From: Flavobacteriaceae bacterium
GTDB taxonomy: Bacteria; Bacteroidota; Bacteroidia; Flavobacteriales; Flavobacteriaceae
Reading direction: 5' to 3'
NCBI GenBank assembly: GCA_017857815.1
Contig: JAFMCL010000008.1
Span: 1,774-65,773, forward strand
Length of the DNA stretch: 64,000 nucleotides
The translations under genes and the position numbers were made by a program. Each line of letters opens with the position of its first letter. The first letter of the stretch is position 1. This document shows, in pieces, positions 27,523-38,354 of this stretch. The notes below the pieces were generated by a model that saw nothing but the letters and a program-made list of their open reading frames with translations, did no database searches and was not told where the DNA came from.

Positions 27523-29004
27523 TTATAGATTGGGTTTAAATTTTATAAGTCTTTTTAAAGTTACGTCTTTCCCCAGTAAACTGCAAATCAAGAATAGATC
27601 AGGTCCACTTAGATTTCCAACAATCGCCAGGCGCAAACTTTGCATAATTAGCCCAAAAGAGTATTGATGCTCTTCGTTCCATTTCGAAATTAAACTTTTC
27701 CATTCAAGAGCGTCTATTTCTTTTTCACAGAGTTCAATTACAAAGTCAATTATTTTTTCAGGATCTTTTTTCTTTATTTTCTCCAACACCTTATTATCAT
27801 AAGTTTTCGGATCTTCAAAAAAGAGCCTAAAATTATTTTCAAACTCCTCGAGTAAATTTAATCGCTCTTTCACAGCGCCCAGTATTAAAGTTCTCTTTTT
27901 TTCCGACCAAGTACTCGGAAGTGCCTCAAAGAACTCAGGAAAACGTTTTAAAATGGATTTTGTTTCTAAATTTTCCAAATATTTATGATTTACCCACTTT
28001 GCTTTCTCAAAATCAAACCGCGCACCACTTTTTTGAATTTTATTAATCTCAAAAGCATTAACCAGTTCATCAAGTGAAAAAATCTCCTGCTCACTACCTG
28101 GGTTCCACCCTAAGAGAGATAAATAATTAATCATGGCCTCAGGAAGAAATCCTCTTTCTCTAAAACCAGGTTTGTTTTCCCATTCCAGAGGAAAAACAGG
28201 AAACCCTGCTTTGTCCCCGTCTCTTTTTGACAACTTCCCTTTTCCTTCAGGTTTAAGAATTAATGGGAGATGCATAAAAACTGGAACTTCCCAGTTAAAT
28301 GCCTCGTAGATTATTTTGTGCAACGGCAAAGAAGGTAGCCATTCTTCCCCACGAATTACATGACTGATTTTCATGTGATGGTCGTCAACGATATTTGCAA
28401 AATGATAAGTCGGCATCCCATCAGCCTTCATCAATATTTTATCATCTATCTCATCGCTATTGATTTGTATCATACCTCTTATTTCATCCTTCACAACGAT
28501 TGTTTCTCCAACCGCTACTTTTAGACGAACAACTCCCTTCCCTTTGTTTATTTCGTTTTCTAACTCCTCTTTTGATAAGGAAATTGCGTTTCGAAACTCT
28601 GCCCGATTGTGTGCGCTATATTTGAAGACCTCTCCTTTTTGTTCGCTTTCAGATCGCGCTATTGCCAACTCTTCAGGTGTGTCAAATGCATAATATGCTT
28701 TCCCAGATAAGATTAGCTTCTCTATTTCTTTCTTATAAAGCGCCTTCCTTTCGCTTTGACGGTAAGGTCCAAATCCACCAGGTGCAGATGGGCTTTCATC
28801 TGGTGTTAAACCGGCCCAGTTGAGTGCGTTAACAATATATTCCTCTGCACCTCTCACAAACCGGTTTCGGTCAGTGTCCTCAAGCCTAAGTATGAATTTT
28901 CCATTGTTTTTTTTAGCAAACAGATAGTTAAATAATGCGGTTCTTACTCCTCCAATATGTAATGCTCCTGTTGGGCTTGGTGCAAACCTGACGCGTACGC
29001 TCAT
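27523..29004 (-). CDS. gltX: Glutamate--tRNA ligase
   Basis: VRFAPSPTGALHIGG, RLEDTD, HVIRGEEW and KLSKR motifs. Confidence 0.96.
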   Translation of the reverse strand: MSVRVRFAPSPTGALHIGGVRTALFNYLFAKKNNGKFILRLEDTDRNRFVRGAEEYIVNALNWAGLTPDESPSAPGGFGPYRQSERKALYKKEIEKLILSGKAYYAFDTPEELAIARSESEQKGEVFKYSAHNRAEFRNAISLSKEELENEINKGKGVVRLKVAVGETIVVKDEIRGMIQINSDEIDDKILMKADGMPTYHFANIVDDHHMKISHVIRGEEWLPSLPLHKIIYEAFNWEVPVFMHLPLILKPEGKGKLSKRDGDKAGFPVFPLEWENKPGFRERGFLPEAMINYLSLLGWNPGSEQEIFSLDELVNAFEINKIQKSGARFDFEKAKWVNHKYLENLETKSILKRFPEFFEALPSTWSEKKRTLILGAVKERLNLLEEFENNFRLFFEDPKTYDNKVLEKIKKKDPEKIIDFVIELCEKEIDALEWKSLISKWNEEHQYSFGLIMQSLRLAIVGNLSGPDLFLICSLLGKDVTLKRLIKFKPNL

Positions 29005-29018
29005 CTTTAATTTTTTTT

Positions 29019-29078
29019 CAAAGATACTATATGATGTCTTTGAATGAAATTATTTGTTTTTTCTTTATCCTATATTTG
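29019..29078. promoter_or_regulatory. Divergent -7 boxes for gltX (29019-29026, minus) and ybeY-mnmG (29071-29078, plus)
   Basis: TATCTTTG on the minus strand; TATATTTG on the plus strand. Confidence 0.6.
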
Positions 29079-29092
29079 CAATAAAATTTATT

Positions 29093-29509
29093 TTGATAAG
29101 ATTTTTTCATAACAAATTCTTGACGTTGAAGGAAGACGAACTTACGCTGTGGCTCGAAAACATTGCCGACGCGGAAGATTACACAATCGATAAAATCGAT
29201 TATAACTTCATTGATGCTGAGGAATTGTTAAAGCTAAATAAGAGACATTTGGAGCACGATACCGATACTGATATTATTACTTTTGACTATAGCGAAGGAA
29301 ATAATGTTCTCGCAGAAGCATTTATTAGTACAGATGCACTAAGTGAGAATGCACATAAATTTTCACAAAGTGTTGAAAATGAGTCTCTTAGGCTCATCGT
29401 TCATGCTTTACTGCATTGTGTAGGTTACAATGATAAAACAGATCAAGATAAGAACTTAATGCGTGAAAAGGAGTCTTTTTATATTGACTTGTTCCACGTG
29501 AAACAATAA
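29093..29509 (+). CDS. ybeY: rRNA maturation endoribonuclease YbeY
   Basis: LN..HL.HD..TDIITFDY and HALLHCVGYND (H-x3-H-x5 with N at the third-His position). Start TTG 29093 downstream of the -7 box. Confidence 0.88.
   Translation: MIRFFHNKFLTLKEDELTLWLENIADAEDYTIDKIDYNFIDAEELLKLNKRHLEHDTDTDIITFDYSEGNNVLAEAFISTDALSENAHKFSQSVENESLRLIVHALLHCVGYNDKTDQDKNLMREKESFYIDLFHVKQ
29490..29505. promoter_or_regulatory. parS centromere-like site 1 (within ybeY 3' end)
   Basis: TGTTCCACGTGAAACA matches the consensus TGTTNCACGTGAAACA. Confidence 0.9.
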
Positions 29510-29513
29510 AAAT

Positions 29514-31382
29514 ATGTTCGATGGAATTTATGATGTAGTTGTTGTTGGAGGAGGACATGCAGGAGCTGAAGCAGCCGCGGCCGCCGCGAACATGGGATCT
29601 AGAACTCTCTTGGTTACAATGAACCTCCAAACAATTGGGCAGATGTCTTGTAATCCCGCAATGGGCGGAATTGCAAAAGGTCAAATTGTTCGTGAAATCG
29701 ATGCACTTGGAGGCTATAGTGGAATTGTTTCTGACAAAAGCGCGATTCAGTTTAAAATGCTAAATCAATCTAAAGGGCCAGCAATGTGGAGCCCTCGCGT
29801 TCAGTCCGATCGAATGCTATTCGCAAAGATTTGGAGAGAAATGTTAGAGCAAACCCCAAACCTTGATTTTTATCAAGATATGATACAAGACATAATTGTT
29901 AAGGAGGGTCAAGTCAAGGGTGTCATGACCTCCCTAGGAATTCCTATCCACGCCCATACTGTTGTTCTTACAAACGGCACTTTTCTTAATGGACTTATAC
30001 ATATTGGTGAAAAAAATTACGGCGGCGGTCGTGCAGGTGAAAAAGCATCAACGGGCTTGACCCAAAGTTTGGAATCCCTGGGTTTCGAATCTGGAAGAAT
30101 GAAAACCGGTACACCACCAAGGGTGGATGGTCGATCTTTAGATTACAGCGTTATGGTTGAGCAGCCAGGAGACTTCAACCCTTCCAAGTTTAGTTACACT
30201 AATACCAAGCCGTTGGTCGAACAACGAAGTTGTCACATAACCTATACGAGTCCTGAGGTTCACGACATGTTAAGAACAGGTTTTGATCGTTCACCAATGT
30301 TCAATGGAAACATTCAAAGTACAGGCCCTCGTTATTGCCCTTCCATAGAAGATAAGATTGATCGTTTTGCGGATAAATCCCGTCATCAAATTTTTGTTGA
30401 GCCTGAAGGTTGGGATACCGTTGAGGTCTATGTAAATGGTTTTTCAACCTCCCTCCCAGAAGACATTCAGTTTAAAGCCCTGCGAGCAGTTAAGGGCTTT
30501 GAAAAGGTCAAGTTTTTTCGTCCTGGATATGCCATCGAATATGACTACTTCCCTCCCACCCAATTATCAAATTCCTTAGAGACTAAACTAGTAAATGGTT
30601 TATTTTTCGCAGGACAGATTAACGGAACAACGGGGTACGAAGAAGCCGCTTCTCAAGGTTTGATGGCCGGCATCAATGCCCATTTAAAAACGAAGGAAGA
30701 ACCCGCCTTTGTTTTAAAAAGGAATGAAGCCTATATTGGTGTTCTTGTCGATGATTTAATTACTAAAGGAACCGACGAACCCTACAGGATGTTTACTTCT
30801 CGTGCGGAATACAGAACCTTATTGCGGCAAGATAATGCGGACATTCGACTAACCTCATTGTCATATGAACTTGGACTTGCAGATGTTAATCGTTTAAAAG
30901 CTGTAGATCAAAAGGTCGCTAAAACTGAAAAGCTAATCTCGTTTCTTAAGAATCAAAGTTATGCGGTGGCTGAGGTTAATCCAATTCTAAAAAATAAAGA
31001 TTCTGCTCCCGTCAAGCAGTCTGATAAAATCAGTAAAATATTTTCGCGTCCAAACGTTGATCGCAATGATATTATTCAAGTTAAAACTGTTTCTGATTTT
31101 CTAGCAGCTGAGCAGATTGATGACACAATTTTCGAACAAGCCGAGATCCAAATAAAGTATTCAGGCTATATTGAAAAGGAAATGATCAACGCTGAGAAGC
31201 TAAATAAGCTTGATAACATCAAGATTCCATCAAGCTTTGACTATGATATTCTGTCATCACTTTCTCACGAAGCCAAAGAGAAGCTAAATAAGATCAAGCC
31301 CAGTAACCTTTCACAGGCTTCAAGAATTAGCGGAATCAAACCCAGCGACATAAGTGTTTTATTAGTAAAGTTGGGAAGATAA
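29514..31382 (+). CDS. mnmG: tRNA uridine-5-carboxymethylaminomethyl(34) synthesis enzyme MnmG (GidA)
   Basis: VVGGGHAG, MSCNPAMGG, KTGTPPR, GPRYCPSIEDK and GQINGTTGYEEAA motifs. Confidence 0.97.
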   Translation: MFDGIYDVVVVGGGHAGAEAAAAAANMGSRTLLVTMNLQTIGQMSCNPAMGGIAKGQIVREIDALGGYSGIVSDKSAIQFKMLNQSKGPAMWSPRVQSDRMLFAKIWREMLEQTPNLDFYQDMIQDIIVKEGQVKGVMTSLGIPIHAHTVVLTNGTFLNGLIHIGEKNYGGGRAGEKASTGLTQSLESLGFESGRMKTGTPPRVDGRSLDYSVMVEQPGDFNPSKFSYTNTKPLVEQRSCHITYTSPEVHDMLRTGFDRSPMFNGNIQSTGPRYCPSIEDKIDRFADKSRHQIFVEPEGWDTVEVYVNGFSTSLPEDIQFKALRAVKGFEKVKFFRPGYAIEYDYFPPTQLSNSLETKLVNGLFFAGQINGTTGYEEAASQGLMAGINAHLKTKEEPAFVLKRNEAYIGVLVDDLITKGTDEPYRMFTSRAEYRTLLRQDNADIRLTSLSYELGLADVNRLKAVDQKVAKTEKLISFLKNQSYAVAEVNPILKNKDSAPVKQSDKISKIFSRPNVDRNDIIQVKTVSDFLAAEQIDDTIFEQAEIQIKYSGYIEKEMINAEKLNKLDNIKIPSSFDYDILSSLSHEAKEKLNKIKPSNLSQASRISGIKPSDISVLLVKLGR

Positions 31383-31383
31383 A

Positions 31384-31399
31384 TGTTCCACGTGGAACT
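31384..31399. promoter_or_regulatory. parS centromere-like site 2
   Basis: TGTTCCACGTGGAACT with a perfect 14-bp palindromic core GTTCCACGTGGAAC, 1 nt after the mnmG stop. Confidence 0.85.
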
Positions 31400-31400
31400 T

Positions 31401-32255
31401 ATGATGAAAAAAAACAAATCCAAATTACTTTATAAGGTTAGAGACCACTTGGTTTCTCAAGAATCATTTGATGTTTATTGGGATGAAAAGCAGCAATTTG
31501 GATGGACAGACTTAAAAAACACCTCCGACTTGTCAGCGTATTATAAGTCAGATGAATATTATTCTCATCAAGGGCGTTCGAAGACTTTAATTCAAAAAAT
31601 TTATTCTTTTGCTAGAGGTCTAATGTTTCATTATAAGCACAATATAATTTCCCCCCTTTTATTTAAAGGCGCAAGGATTCTAGATGTTGGATCAGGTACA
31701 GGAGACTTCTTGTCTTTTATGAATTCAAAAGGTTATGAAGTAATAGGAGTTGAAAACAATCCTAAAGCAAGTCTCATCAGTCAAAAAAATTGCATAAAGA
31801 CTCATAAAAGCATTAGGGAGTTGCCCGACAATTCTTTTGACTTGATCACACTGTGGCATGTATTGGAACACCTGCCGGATCCTGAGGAGACCTTTAAAAA
31901 CATGTTTAACTTATTAAATAAATCAGGGCACTTAATTGTCGCAGTTCCAAATATTTACAGTCTAGATAAAGAATATTATTGTGAAAATTGGGCAGGATTC
32001 GACGTCCCACGTCACTTATGGCACTTTTCTACCCCTTTCTTAATCAACTTGGCAGGCAAACATAACTTTGAATTGGTCAGATCAAAACCTCTTTTGCTAG
32101 ACGCTCTGTATATCAGTTTTCTTTCAGAGAAGCACAAAGGAAGTCGCTTTTCTTTTTTAAGAGGTATGGTTAAAGGAGCGTATTTTAATCTTCGCGCCTT
32201 GAGATCAAGACGTTATTCCTCTCTTGTTTATGTATTTAAGAAGCAAGCTCCTTAG
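31401..32255 (+). CDS. Class I SAM-dependent methyltransferase
   Basis: [25 protein letters not shown] and DVPRHLWHF motifs. The ORF-track N-terminus MFHVEL is read from parS, so ATG 31401/31404 is preferred. Confidence 0.85.
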   Translation: MMKKNKSKLLYKVRDHLVSQESFDVYWDEKQQFGWTDLKNTSDLSAYYKSDEYYSHQGRSKTLIQKIYSFARGLMFHYKHNIISPLLFKGARILDVGSGTGDFLSFMNSKGYEVIGVENNPKASLISQKNCIKTHKSIRELPDNSFDLITLWHVLEHLPDPEETFKNMFNLLNKSGHLIVAVPNIYSLDKEYYCENWAGFDVPRHLWHFSTPFLINLAGKHNFELVRSKPLLLDALYISFLSEKHKGSRFSFLRGMVKGAYFNLRALRSRRYSSLVYVFKKQAP

Positions 32256-33381
32256 CGTTCAATAATCGCGTCATTTCCAAAGAAAAATTACTAAAAAGTA
32301 TTTTCGGATTCGCATTTCTTTCTAGATGATAGAGCGACTTTTCAATCAACCGAACTATTTGCATTATGTTCCCGCCATGAATATAAGGTGCAAGCTTTTT
32401 AAGATCAAAACCAGTGTATAGTTTAAGATCACTCAATTGGTTCGCGCCATAGGAAATCATTAAGGTTTGTCTTATAAATTCAAGAGCATACTGTAGAAAA
32501 GCTTTTTGTTCCTCTCTTTGTAGTCCTGCTATTTTATCTGCCCAGGTCATTAGCTCAATCACCACTGACCTTTTAGACTTTGCCTTGAACGAAGACCTTA
32601 AACAATCAATCCAAAGGTTTTCAAACAACAGGGTGTTTTCGTGATTGGATGATATTTCCATTGCTTTTCTCCAACTCCCCTTTGACCCATTTACTGCTTC
32701 TGAAATCCCCCCTTTTGTGATTAATTTTTTTAAACCAATTTCGATTTCATCAATCTTAATTGGAGGAACTGAGATTTCTTGACAGCGTGAAATTAATGTT
32801 GGTAAAAGTTTTTCAGTTTGTTCGGCAACAAGAATAAAAAAAGAATTTTTTGGCGGCTCTTCAAACAGTTTTAATAGTTTGTTTGTTCCATCCGTATTTA
32901 ACTTATCCGCTCCAAAAATTACCATCACCTTATTACCACCACTATGTGATTTAAGGCTCATCTTATGATGGATTTTTTGGACTTCTTCTACTCCGATTAT
33001 TCCTTGCTTGTTTCCCGCCTCAAGTCTTTTCACCCAATCGAAAATGTTACCATAAGGTTGCTCTGTCAAAAACTCCTTCCATACCACCCTAAAATCTTCA
33101 GAAGTCGACTTTGAGCTTTGGGAAGAAGTGTTTACAATCGGATAAACAAAATGAAGGTCCGGATGATCCAATAATTTTTTAGAATCAATACCATTGTCCT
33201 CTTCGATCTTTAGTTGATCAAATCCATAAATAAGGCCCAACGAGCACCCTAATGCCAAAGGAAGCCCTCCACGACCGCCTTTGTCTATAAAAAGCTGAGA
33301 ATGAGGCACTTGACCCTTTGAAATCATCGTCCTTAAATGATTTTTTAATGTATCTTGACCGATTATTTCATCGAAAAACAT
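32236..33381 (-). CDS. holB: DNA polymerase III subunit delta'
   Basis: [43 protein letters not shown] and ERNANPK motifs. Confidence 0.9.
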   Translation of the reverse strand: MFFDEIIGQDTLKNHLRTMISKGQVPHSQLFIDKGGRGGLPLALGCSLGLIYGFDQLKIEEDNGIDSKKLLDHPDLHFVYPIVNTSSQSSKSTSEDFRVVWKEFLTEQPYGNIFDWVKRLEAGNKQGIIGVEEVQKIHHKMSLKSHSGGNKVMVIFGADKLNTDGTNKLLKLFEEPPKNSFFILVAEQTEKLLPTLISRCQEISVPPIKIDEIEIGLKKLITKGGISEAVNGSKGSWRKAMEISSNHENTLLFENLWIDCLRSSFKAKSKRSVVIELMTWADKIAGLQREEQKAFLQYALEFIRQTLMISYGANQLSDLKLYTGFDLKKLAPYIHGGNIMQIVRLIEKSLYHLERNANPKILFSNFSLEMTRLLNAKELAS

Positions 33382-33520
33382 TGGCGAATAAATGAATTAT
33401 TTTGATTAAAAGTAAACAATCTTAATCGATTTCAGTTTTGATAAATTAAAATTAGTTATTCAATTGTTTTTATGTGCTCCTACCATTTTAAAAAATGTTA
33501 TTTTTGAAAAAATTCGTTTT

Positions 33521-34714
33521 ATGAAAACCCTCTCACAAAAAGACTTTACCAACAAACGCGTTGTGATTCGCGTTGATTTTAACGTCCCGTTAGATGAAAA
33601 CTTTAAGGTTACAGACAACACCAGAATAATTGCTGCCAAGGAAACGATCGAACTTGTTTTGGAAGGGGGAGGAAGCTGTGTTCTTATTTCTCATCTTGGA
33701 AGACCTAAAGGAAAAGACGCTCAATTTTCACTTTCACATATTCTTGAGGAAGTTAAACAAGTATTGAACATTCCCGTTGAGTTTTGTGATGACTGTGTTG
33801 GGCCTGAAGCAGAGAAAGCGACAGAAAACCTTAAGCCAGGATCAGTAATTTTGATGGAAAACCTTCGCTATTATTCAGAGGAGACTGCAGGAGATGTGGA
33901 GTTTGCATCGCAACTTTCCAAATTAGGGGATTGCTATGTTAATGATGCTTTTGGAACAGCACACCGGGCGCACGCCTCCACGACGATAATTGCTCAGTTT
34001 TTTAAAGAGGAAAAATATTTTGGAAAACTTCTTGAAAACGAAGTCACCGCAATAAAGAAAGTTATGGAGACAGGAGAAAAACCTGTTTTGGCCATTTTGG
34101 GAGGTGCGAAAGTTTCCTCTAAGATCACCATCATTGAAAACATGTTAGATAAAATCGATCATCTAATTATTGGCGGAGGGATGGTTTATACTTTTATAAA
34201 GGCAATGGGCGGTTCTGTTGGACAATCCATTTGTGAAGATGAATTTTGTGATTATGCTTTGGAATTAATGGAAAAAGCAAAAGCCAAAGGAGTTCAAATT
34301 CATTTGCCTACGGATGTTATTATTGCTGATGATTTTTCAAATGATGCCAATAAAAGACCCTGTGATGTCTATAATATACCAGAAGATTGGCAGGGATTGG
34401 ATGCAGGACCCGAGACTCTTAAACAATTTGAATCGGTCGTTTTAGAAAGCAAAACAATATTATGGAATGGCCCATTAGGTGTTTTTGAGTTCAGTTCCTT
34501 TGCAATAGGAACAATAACGCTTGGAGAACACATTTCGAGAAGCACTGCCAATGGCGCTTTTTCACTCGTAGGCGGTGGAGATTCTGTTGCTGCAGTTAAG
34601 CAATTTGGTTTTGAGACTAAAATGAGCTATATTTCTACTGGTGGTGGTGCGATGTTGGAGAGTCTTGAAGGAAAAACCCTCCCAGGAATTGCTGCTTTAA
34701 TGGAACAGCCTTAA
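33521..34714 (+). CDS. pgk: Phosphoglycerate kinase
   Basis: RVDFNVP, SHLGRP, NDAFGTAHRAHAS, WNGPLGVFE, GGGDS and STGGGA motifs. -7 box TATTTTTG at 33499-33506. Confidence 0.97.
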   Translation: MKTLSQKDFTNKRVVIRVDFNVPLDENFKVTDNTRIIAAKETIELVLEGGGSCVLISHLGRPKGKDAQFSLSHILEEVKQVLNIPVEFCDDCVGPEAEKATENLKPGSVILMENLRYYSEETAGDVEFASQLSKLGDCYVNDAFGTAHRAHASTTIIAQFFKEEKYFGKLLENEVTAIKKVMETGEKPVLAILGGAKVSSKITIIENMLDKIDHLIIGGGMVYTFIKAMGGSVGQSICEDEFCDYALELMEKAKAKGVQIHLPTDVIIADDFSNDANKRPCDVYNIPEDWQGLDAGPETLKQFESVVLESKTILWNGPLGVFEFSSFAIGTITLGEHISRSTANGAFSLVGGGDSVAAVKQFGFETKMSYISTGGGAMLESLEGKTLPGIAALMEQP

Positions 34715-34718
34715 AATC

Positions 34719-35690
34719 ATGTCTAAATCAGTTTTCGTAACCCTATTGCTTGTTCTAATATCAATAGTTTCTTGCGAGGAAGGACCTAAACGACGATACC
34801 TAGCCGATTCAAATGGAAACATGAATCACCTAACGGTGGTCATGGAAAAAAGCGACTGGAATGGCGAGTTAGGAAAAATAACGCGAAAACTATTGGAAAC
34901 ACCTTATGAAGGACTTCCACTTATTGAACCACAGTTTTCTTTAAAATACCTTTCCCCTAAGGTCTTTTCAGGTTTTGCACGAAATAGTCGTAACGTTCTT
35001 TGGTTTCAAAAAGATACTATTGCTAGATTTCAACTTATAGAAAACTATTTTGCGCGTCCTCAAATCGTAGCGATTGTAAAAGGTGAAGACCAAGAAGTAC
35101 AAGCGGTTTTTTTGGAAGAAAACATCAAGCTTCTTAGGGCCGCCCTTTCAGAAAACGAGCAAAAAGAAAAATTAAGAAGGATTCAAAAATCTCCAAGCAG
35201 GGACAAGGGGCTAAGTGATCGGTTTAAAGTGCAATTGATTTATCCTACAGCATACAAAACGGTAAAAGACACGACAAACTTTATTTGGATCCAAAAACCA
35301 GTACAGAAAGGTCATTTAAACATTATTGCTTATTCACTTCCTGAAAACGAACTTAATGGAAACACAAAGAAGAAGATAATTGAAATAAGAGATTCTATAG
35401 GAAAAGTCTATGTTCCTGGCAGACTTAAAGGAAGTTTCATGATAACGGAAAAGGCCTATCGTCCCTATTTTTACAAAATGAAATTGGACAACAAGTTTAG
35501 CTATTTGACTAAGGGAACCTGGGAAGTTGAAAATGATTTTATGGCGGGACCATTTATAAACTATATGATAAAAGACACCGTCAACAAAAGATGGATGGTT
35601 GTCGAAGGATTTAGCTTTGCACCCTCAATAAGCAAGCGGGACTATATGTTTGAATTAAACACAATCCTAAGCTCAATAAGATTTGAGTAA
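34719..35690 (+). CDS. DUF4837 family lipoprotein
   Basis: Lipobox IVSC; GLP..EPQF, RDSIGK and GTWE..DFMAGPFINY..EGF.FAPS..KRD motifs. Confidence 0.75.
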   Translation: MSKSVFVTLLLVLISIVSCEEGPKRRYLADSNGNMNHLTVVMEKSDWNGELGKITRKLLETPYEGLPLIEPQFSLKYLSPKVFSGFARNSRNVLWFQKDTIARFQLIENYFARPQIVAIVKGEDQEVQAVFLEENIKLLRAALSENEQKEKLRRIQKSPSRDKGLSDRFKVQLIYPTAYKTVKDTTNFIWIQKPVQKGHLNIIAYSLPENELNGNTKKKIIEIRDSIGKVYVPGRLKGSFMITEKAYRPYFYKMKLDNKFSYLTKGTWEVENDFMAGPFINYMIKDTVNKRWMVVEGFSFAPSISKRDYMFELNTILSSIRFE

Positions 35691-35695
35691 AACGT

Positions 35696-35890
35696 TTACT
35701 TAATTTCTTCTTTAGAGTCCGAAGTTTCTTCGTCCTCTTTGGTTGCTTTTTTAAATTCTTTGATACCACTTCCTAAACCTTTCATTAATTCAGGAATTTT
35801 TCTACCACCAAACAACAAAAGAACCGCAACAACGATAAGCACCACTTGAGGAGCGCCAATCATACCTAGTAAAATATTTATTGATAACAT
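35696..35890 (-). CDS. tatA: Twin-arginine translocase TatA/TatE
   Basis: TM helix followed by [22 protein letters not shown]. -7 box TACATTTG at 35907-35914. Confidence 0.93.
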   Translation of the reverse strand: MLSINILLGMIGAPQVVLIVVAVLLLFGGRKIPELMKGLGSGIKEFKKATKEDEETSDSKEEIK

Positions 35891-35991
35891 TGTTCTAAAT
35901 TTTAGACAAATGTATGAAATATTATGGTCAATTTAAATTTGTTTCTTTGATCAACAAATTATTTTTACCCTTAATGCCTATCTTTGTTTAG

Positions 35992-36864
35992 ATGGCAAAG
36001 AAGAATAGAAAAAAAAGACCTTGGATTCAAAAGTTGTTGAACCGCTACCGCTTGGTAGTCATCGATGAAAAAACTTTTGAAGAACGCTTTTATTTTAGAC
36101 TTTCTAGACTTAACATTATTATTGTTGTTTTTCTGTTTGTTTCTTTAATAACTTCAGCGGCCATTTTATCCATCGCTTATTCCTCCCTTAAAGAATTCAT
36201 TCCGGGATATACCTCGACAAAGCTCAGGAAAGACGCCATAGAAAACAGTTTTGCATTGGACTCGATTTCTCGTCTTTTTCAGAAACAAGATAACTATATA
36301 AAGTCAATTAGAAGCGCATTGATGGGAAACACTGAGTGGGATAGCGTATCAAAAATAAATTATATTCTATCTCCAGCAAATCCGTCGATAAATTTACCCG
36401 AAACAGTCGCAGTAGACTCCATTCTCAGGACCGAAGTTCTACAAGAGGACAAATATAATGTTGTTGAAAACCCCAACGGAAACGTAAAATTTCTTTTATA
36501 CCCTCCCGCAAAGGGCGTAATTTCTCAGGGTTATAATCCTGAATTAAAACATTTTGCGATAGATGTAGTGTTAGAAAAAAACACGCCGATTAAATCTGTT
36601 GCAGAAGGAACCGTTATTTTCTCTGAATGGTCAGCTGAAACCGGCTATGTCATCATCTTAGAACACGCTCACGATCTTTTAACGGTCTACAAGCATAATT
36701 CTTCTTTAAACAAAGAACAGGGCGACATCGTAAGTGCTGGAGAAGTAATTGCCGCCGCCGGAAATACTGGAGAACTTTCTACTGGTTGGCATTTGCATTT
36801 TGAATTGTGGGCGAACGGATATCCGATGGATCCAACAAACTTTATTGATTTTTCAGAAGAATAA
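35992..36864 (+). CDS. M23 family metallopeptidase
   Basis: N-terminal TM; intact Zn motifs HFAID and HLHFE; YKHN. Confidence 0.9.
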   Translation: MAKKNRKKRPWIQKLLNRYRLVVIDEKTFEERFYFRLSRLNIIIVVFLFVSLITSAAILSIAYSSLKEFIPGYTSTKLRKDAIENSFALDSISRLFQKQDNYIKSIRSALMGNTEWDSVSKINYILSPANPSINLPETVAVDSILRTEVLQEDKYNVVENPNGNVKFLLYPPAKGVISQGYNPELKHFAIDVVLEKNTPIKSVAEGTVIFSEWSAETGYVIILEHAHDLLTVYKHNSSLNKEQGDIVSAGEVIAAAGNTGELSTGWHLHFELWANGYPMDPTNFIDFSEE

Positions 36865-36866
36865 AA

Positions 36867-38348
36867 ATGAAATCTACAGGAGCAAAAATTTTCGCTGCGA
36901 TCATCCATCTTAAAAACAAAACATGGATTACGAACCCCCTTAAGTATCAAAAAAAAACATTTACTAACCTCATCAAAAATGCCAAAAACACTTCTTTTGG
37001 AAAAGATCACTTTTTTGAAAATATTACTAATTATGAAGACTTTAAAAAAGCCGTTCCCATCAGAGATTATGAAGGACTGAGGCCTTATGTTGAAAAAATG
37101 CTAGAAGGGGATTCGCATGTCTTGTGGCCAGGAAAACCACTCTATTATGCCAAAACCAGTGGAACCACTTCTGGGGTAAAATACATCCCTATCAGCAAAG
37201 AATCCATGCCTGCTCATATTCAGGCGGCGAGAGATGCCTTGTTAAATTATATTCATGAAACCGGAAACACGGATTTTGTTAAAGGCAAACAAATTTTTCT
37301 TCAAGGAAGTCCAATCTTAGACAAAAAAGGAGACAGCACATTTGGAAGATTGTCAGGAATCGTTGCACATTATGTACCCAAATATTTACAGAAAAGCAGA
37401 ATGCCTTCTTGGGACACAAACTGCATTGAGGATTGGGAAACAAAAGTAGATGCAGTTGTTGAGGAAACAATAGCTGAAAACATGACCCTTATTGCAGGGA
37501 TTCCTTCTTGGGTACAAATGTATTTTGAGAAATTGATTGAAAAGTCAAAAAAGCCTGTAGGAGAATTATTCAAAAACTTTTCTTTATTTGTTTATGGCGG
37601 TGTTAACTATGAACCCTATCGACCATTATTTGAAGAACTTATCGGAAAAAAGGTAGACAGCATTGAGTTATTCCCAGCCTCAGAAGGCTTTTTTGCCTAT
37701 CAAGATCAACAGAACAACAAAGGCCTTTTGCTTCTCGTCAACCATGGAATTTTTTATGAATTCATCGAAGCAGCCCACTTTTCTGAAGAAAACCCTCAAA
37801 GAATTTCTTTGGAAGAGGTGAAGCTAGAGGTTAATTATGTTTTGATCATTACCACCAATGCAGGACTATGGGCATACAATATTGGCGACACAGTTAAATT
37901 TGTCTCCCTAACTCCCTATAGAATTGTGGTAACAGGAAGAATTAAGCATTTTATTTCTGCATTTGGAGAACACGTTATCGGTAAAGAAGTTGAAACCGCA
38001 ATGGAAAAAGTTTGCCTTGGTACTTCAATTCAAGTCAAAGAATTCACCGTTGCTCCTCAAATAAAACCTGAAACTGGTTTGCCCTATCACGAATGGTTTG
38101 TTGATTTTGTCAACCCACCTGAAGACTTCAATAAGTTTGCAGAAAGCTTAGACATTGAAATGCAAATCCAAAACGTCTATTATGAAGATTTGATTAAAGG
38201 AAAAGTATTAAAACAACTGGTTGTAACTCAGGTAGCAAGTGGAGGTTTTCAAACCTACATGAAAAGCATTGGCAAGCTGGGGGGGCAAAACAAGGTTCCA
38301 AGATTGTCTGACGACAGAAAGATTTGCAATCAATTGCCTTTAAAATAG
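36867..38348 (+). CDS. GH3 family (acyl-acid amido synthetase-like) protein
   Basis: Adenylation motifs KTSGTTSGVKYIP, FPASEG and Y.IGD; GR..H..FGE and GGQNKVPRL. Confidence 0.88.
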   Translation: MKSTGAKIFAAIIHLKNKTWITNPLKYQKKTFTNLIKNAKNTSFGKDHFFENITNYEDFKKAVPIRDYEGLRPYVEKMLEGDSHVLWPGKPLYYAKTSGTTSGVKYIPISKESMPAHIQAARDALLNYIHETGNTDFVKGKQIFLQGSPILDKKGDSTFGRLSGIVAHYVPKYLQKSRMPSWDTNCIEDWETKVDAVVEETIAENMTLIAGIPSWVQMYFEKLIEKSKKPVGELFKNFSLFVYGGVNYEPYRPLFEELIGKKVDSIELFPASEGFFAYQDQQNNKGLLLLVNHGIFYEFIEAAHFSEENPQRISLEEVKLEVNYVLIITTNAGLWAYNIGDTVKFVSLTPYRIVVTGRIKHFISAFGEHVIGKEVETAMEKVCLGTSIQVKEFTVAPQIKPETGLPYHEWFVDFVNPPEDFNKFAESLDIEMQIQNVYYEDLIKGKVLKQLVVTQVASGGFQTYMKSIGKLGGQNKVPRLSDDRKICNQLPLK

Positions 38349-38354
38349 AAGCTT

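Noticed and set aside
31194..31292. 15-nt direct repeat GAGAAGCTAAATAAG (31194 and 31278) in mnmG
   Set aside because: Both copies encode EKLNK in frame in an intact gene, with no array or mobile-element context.
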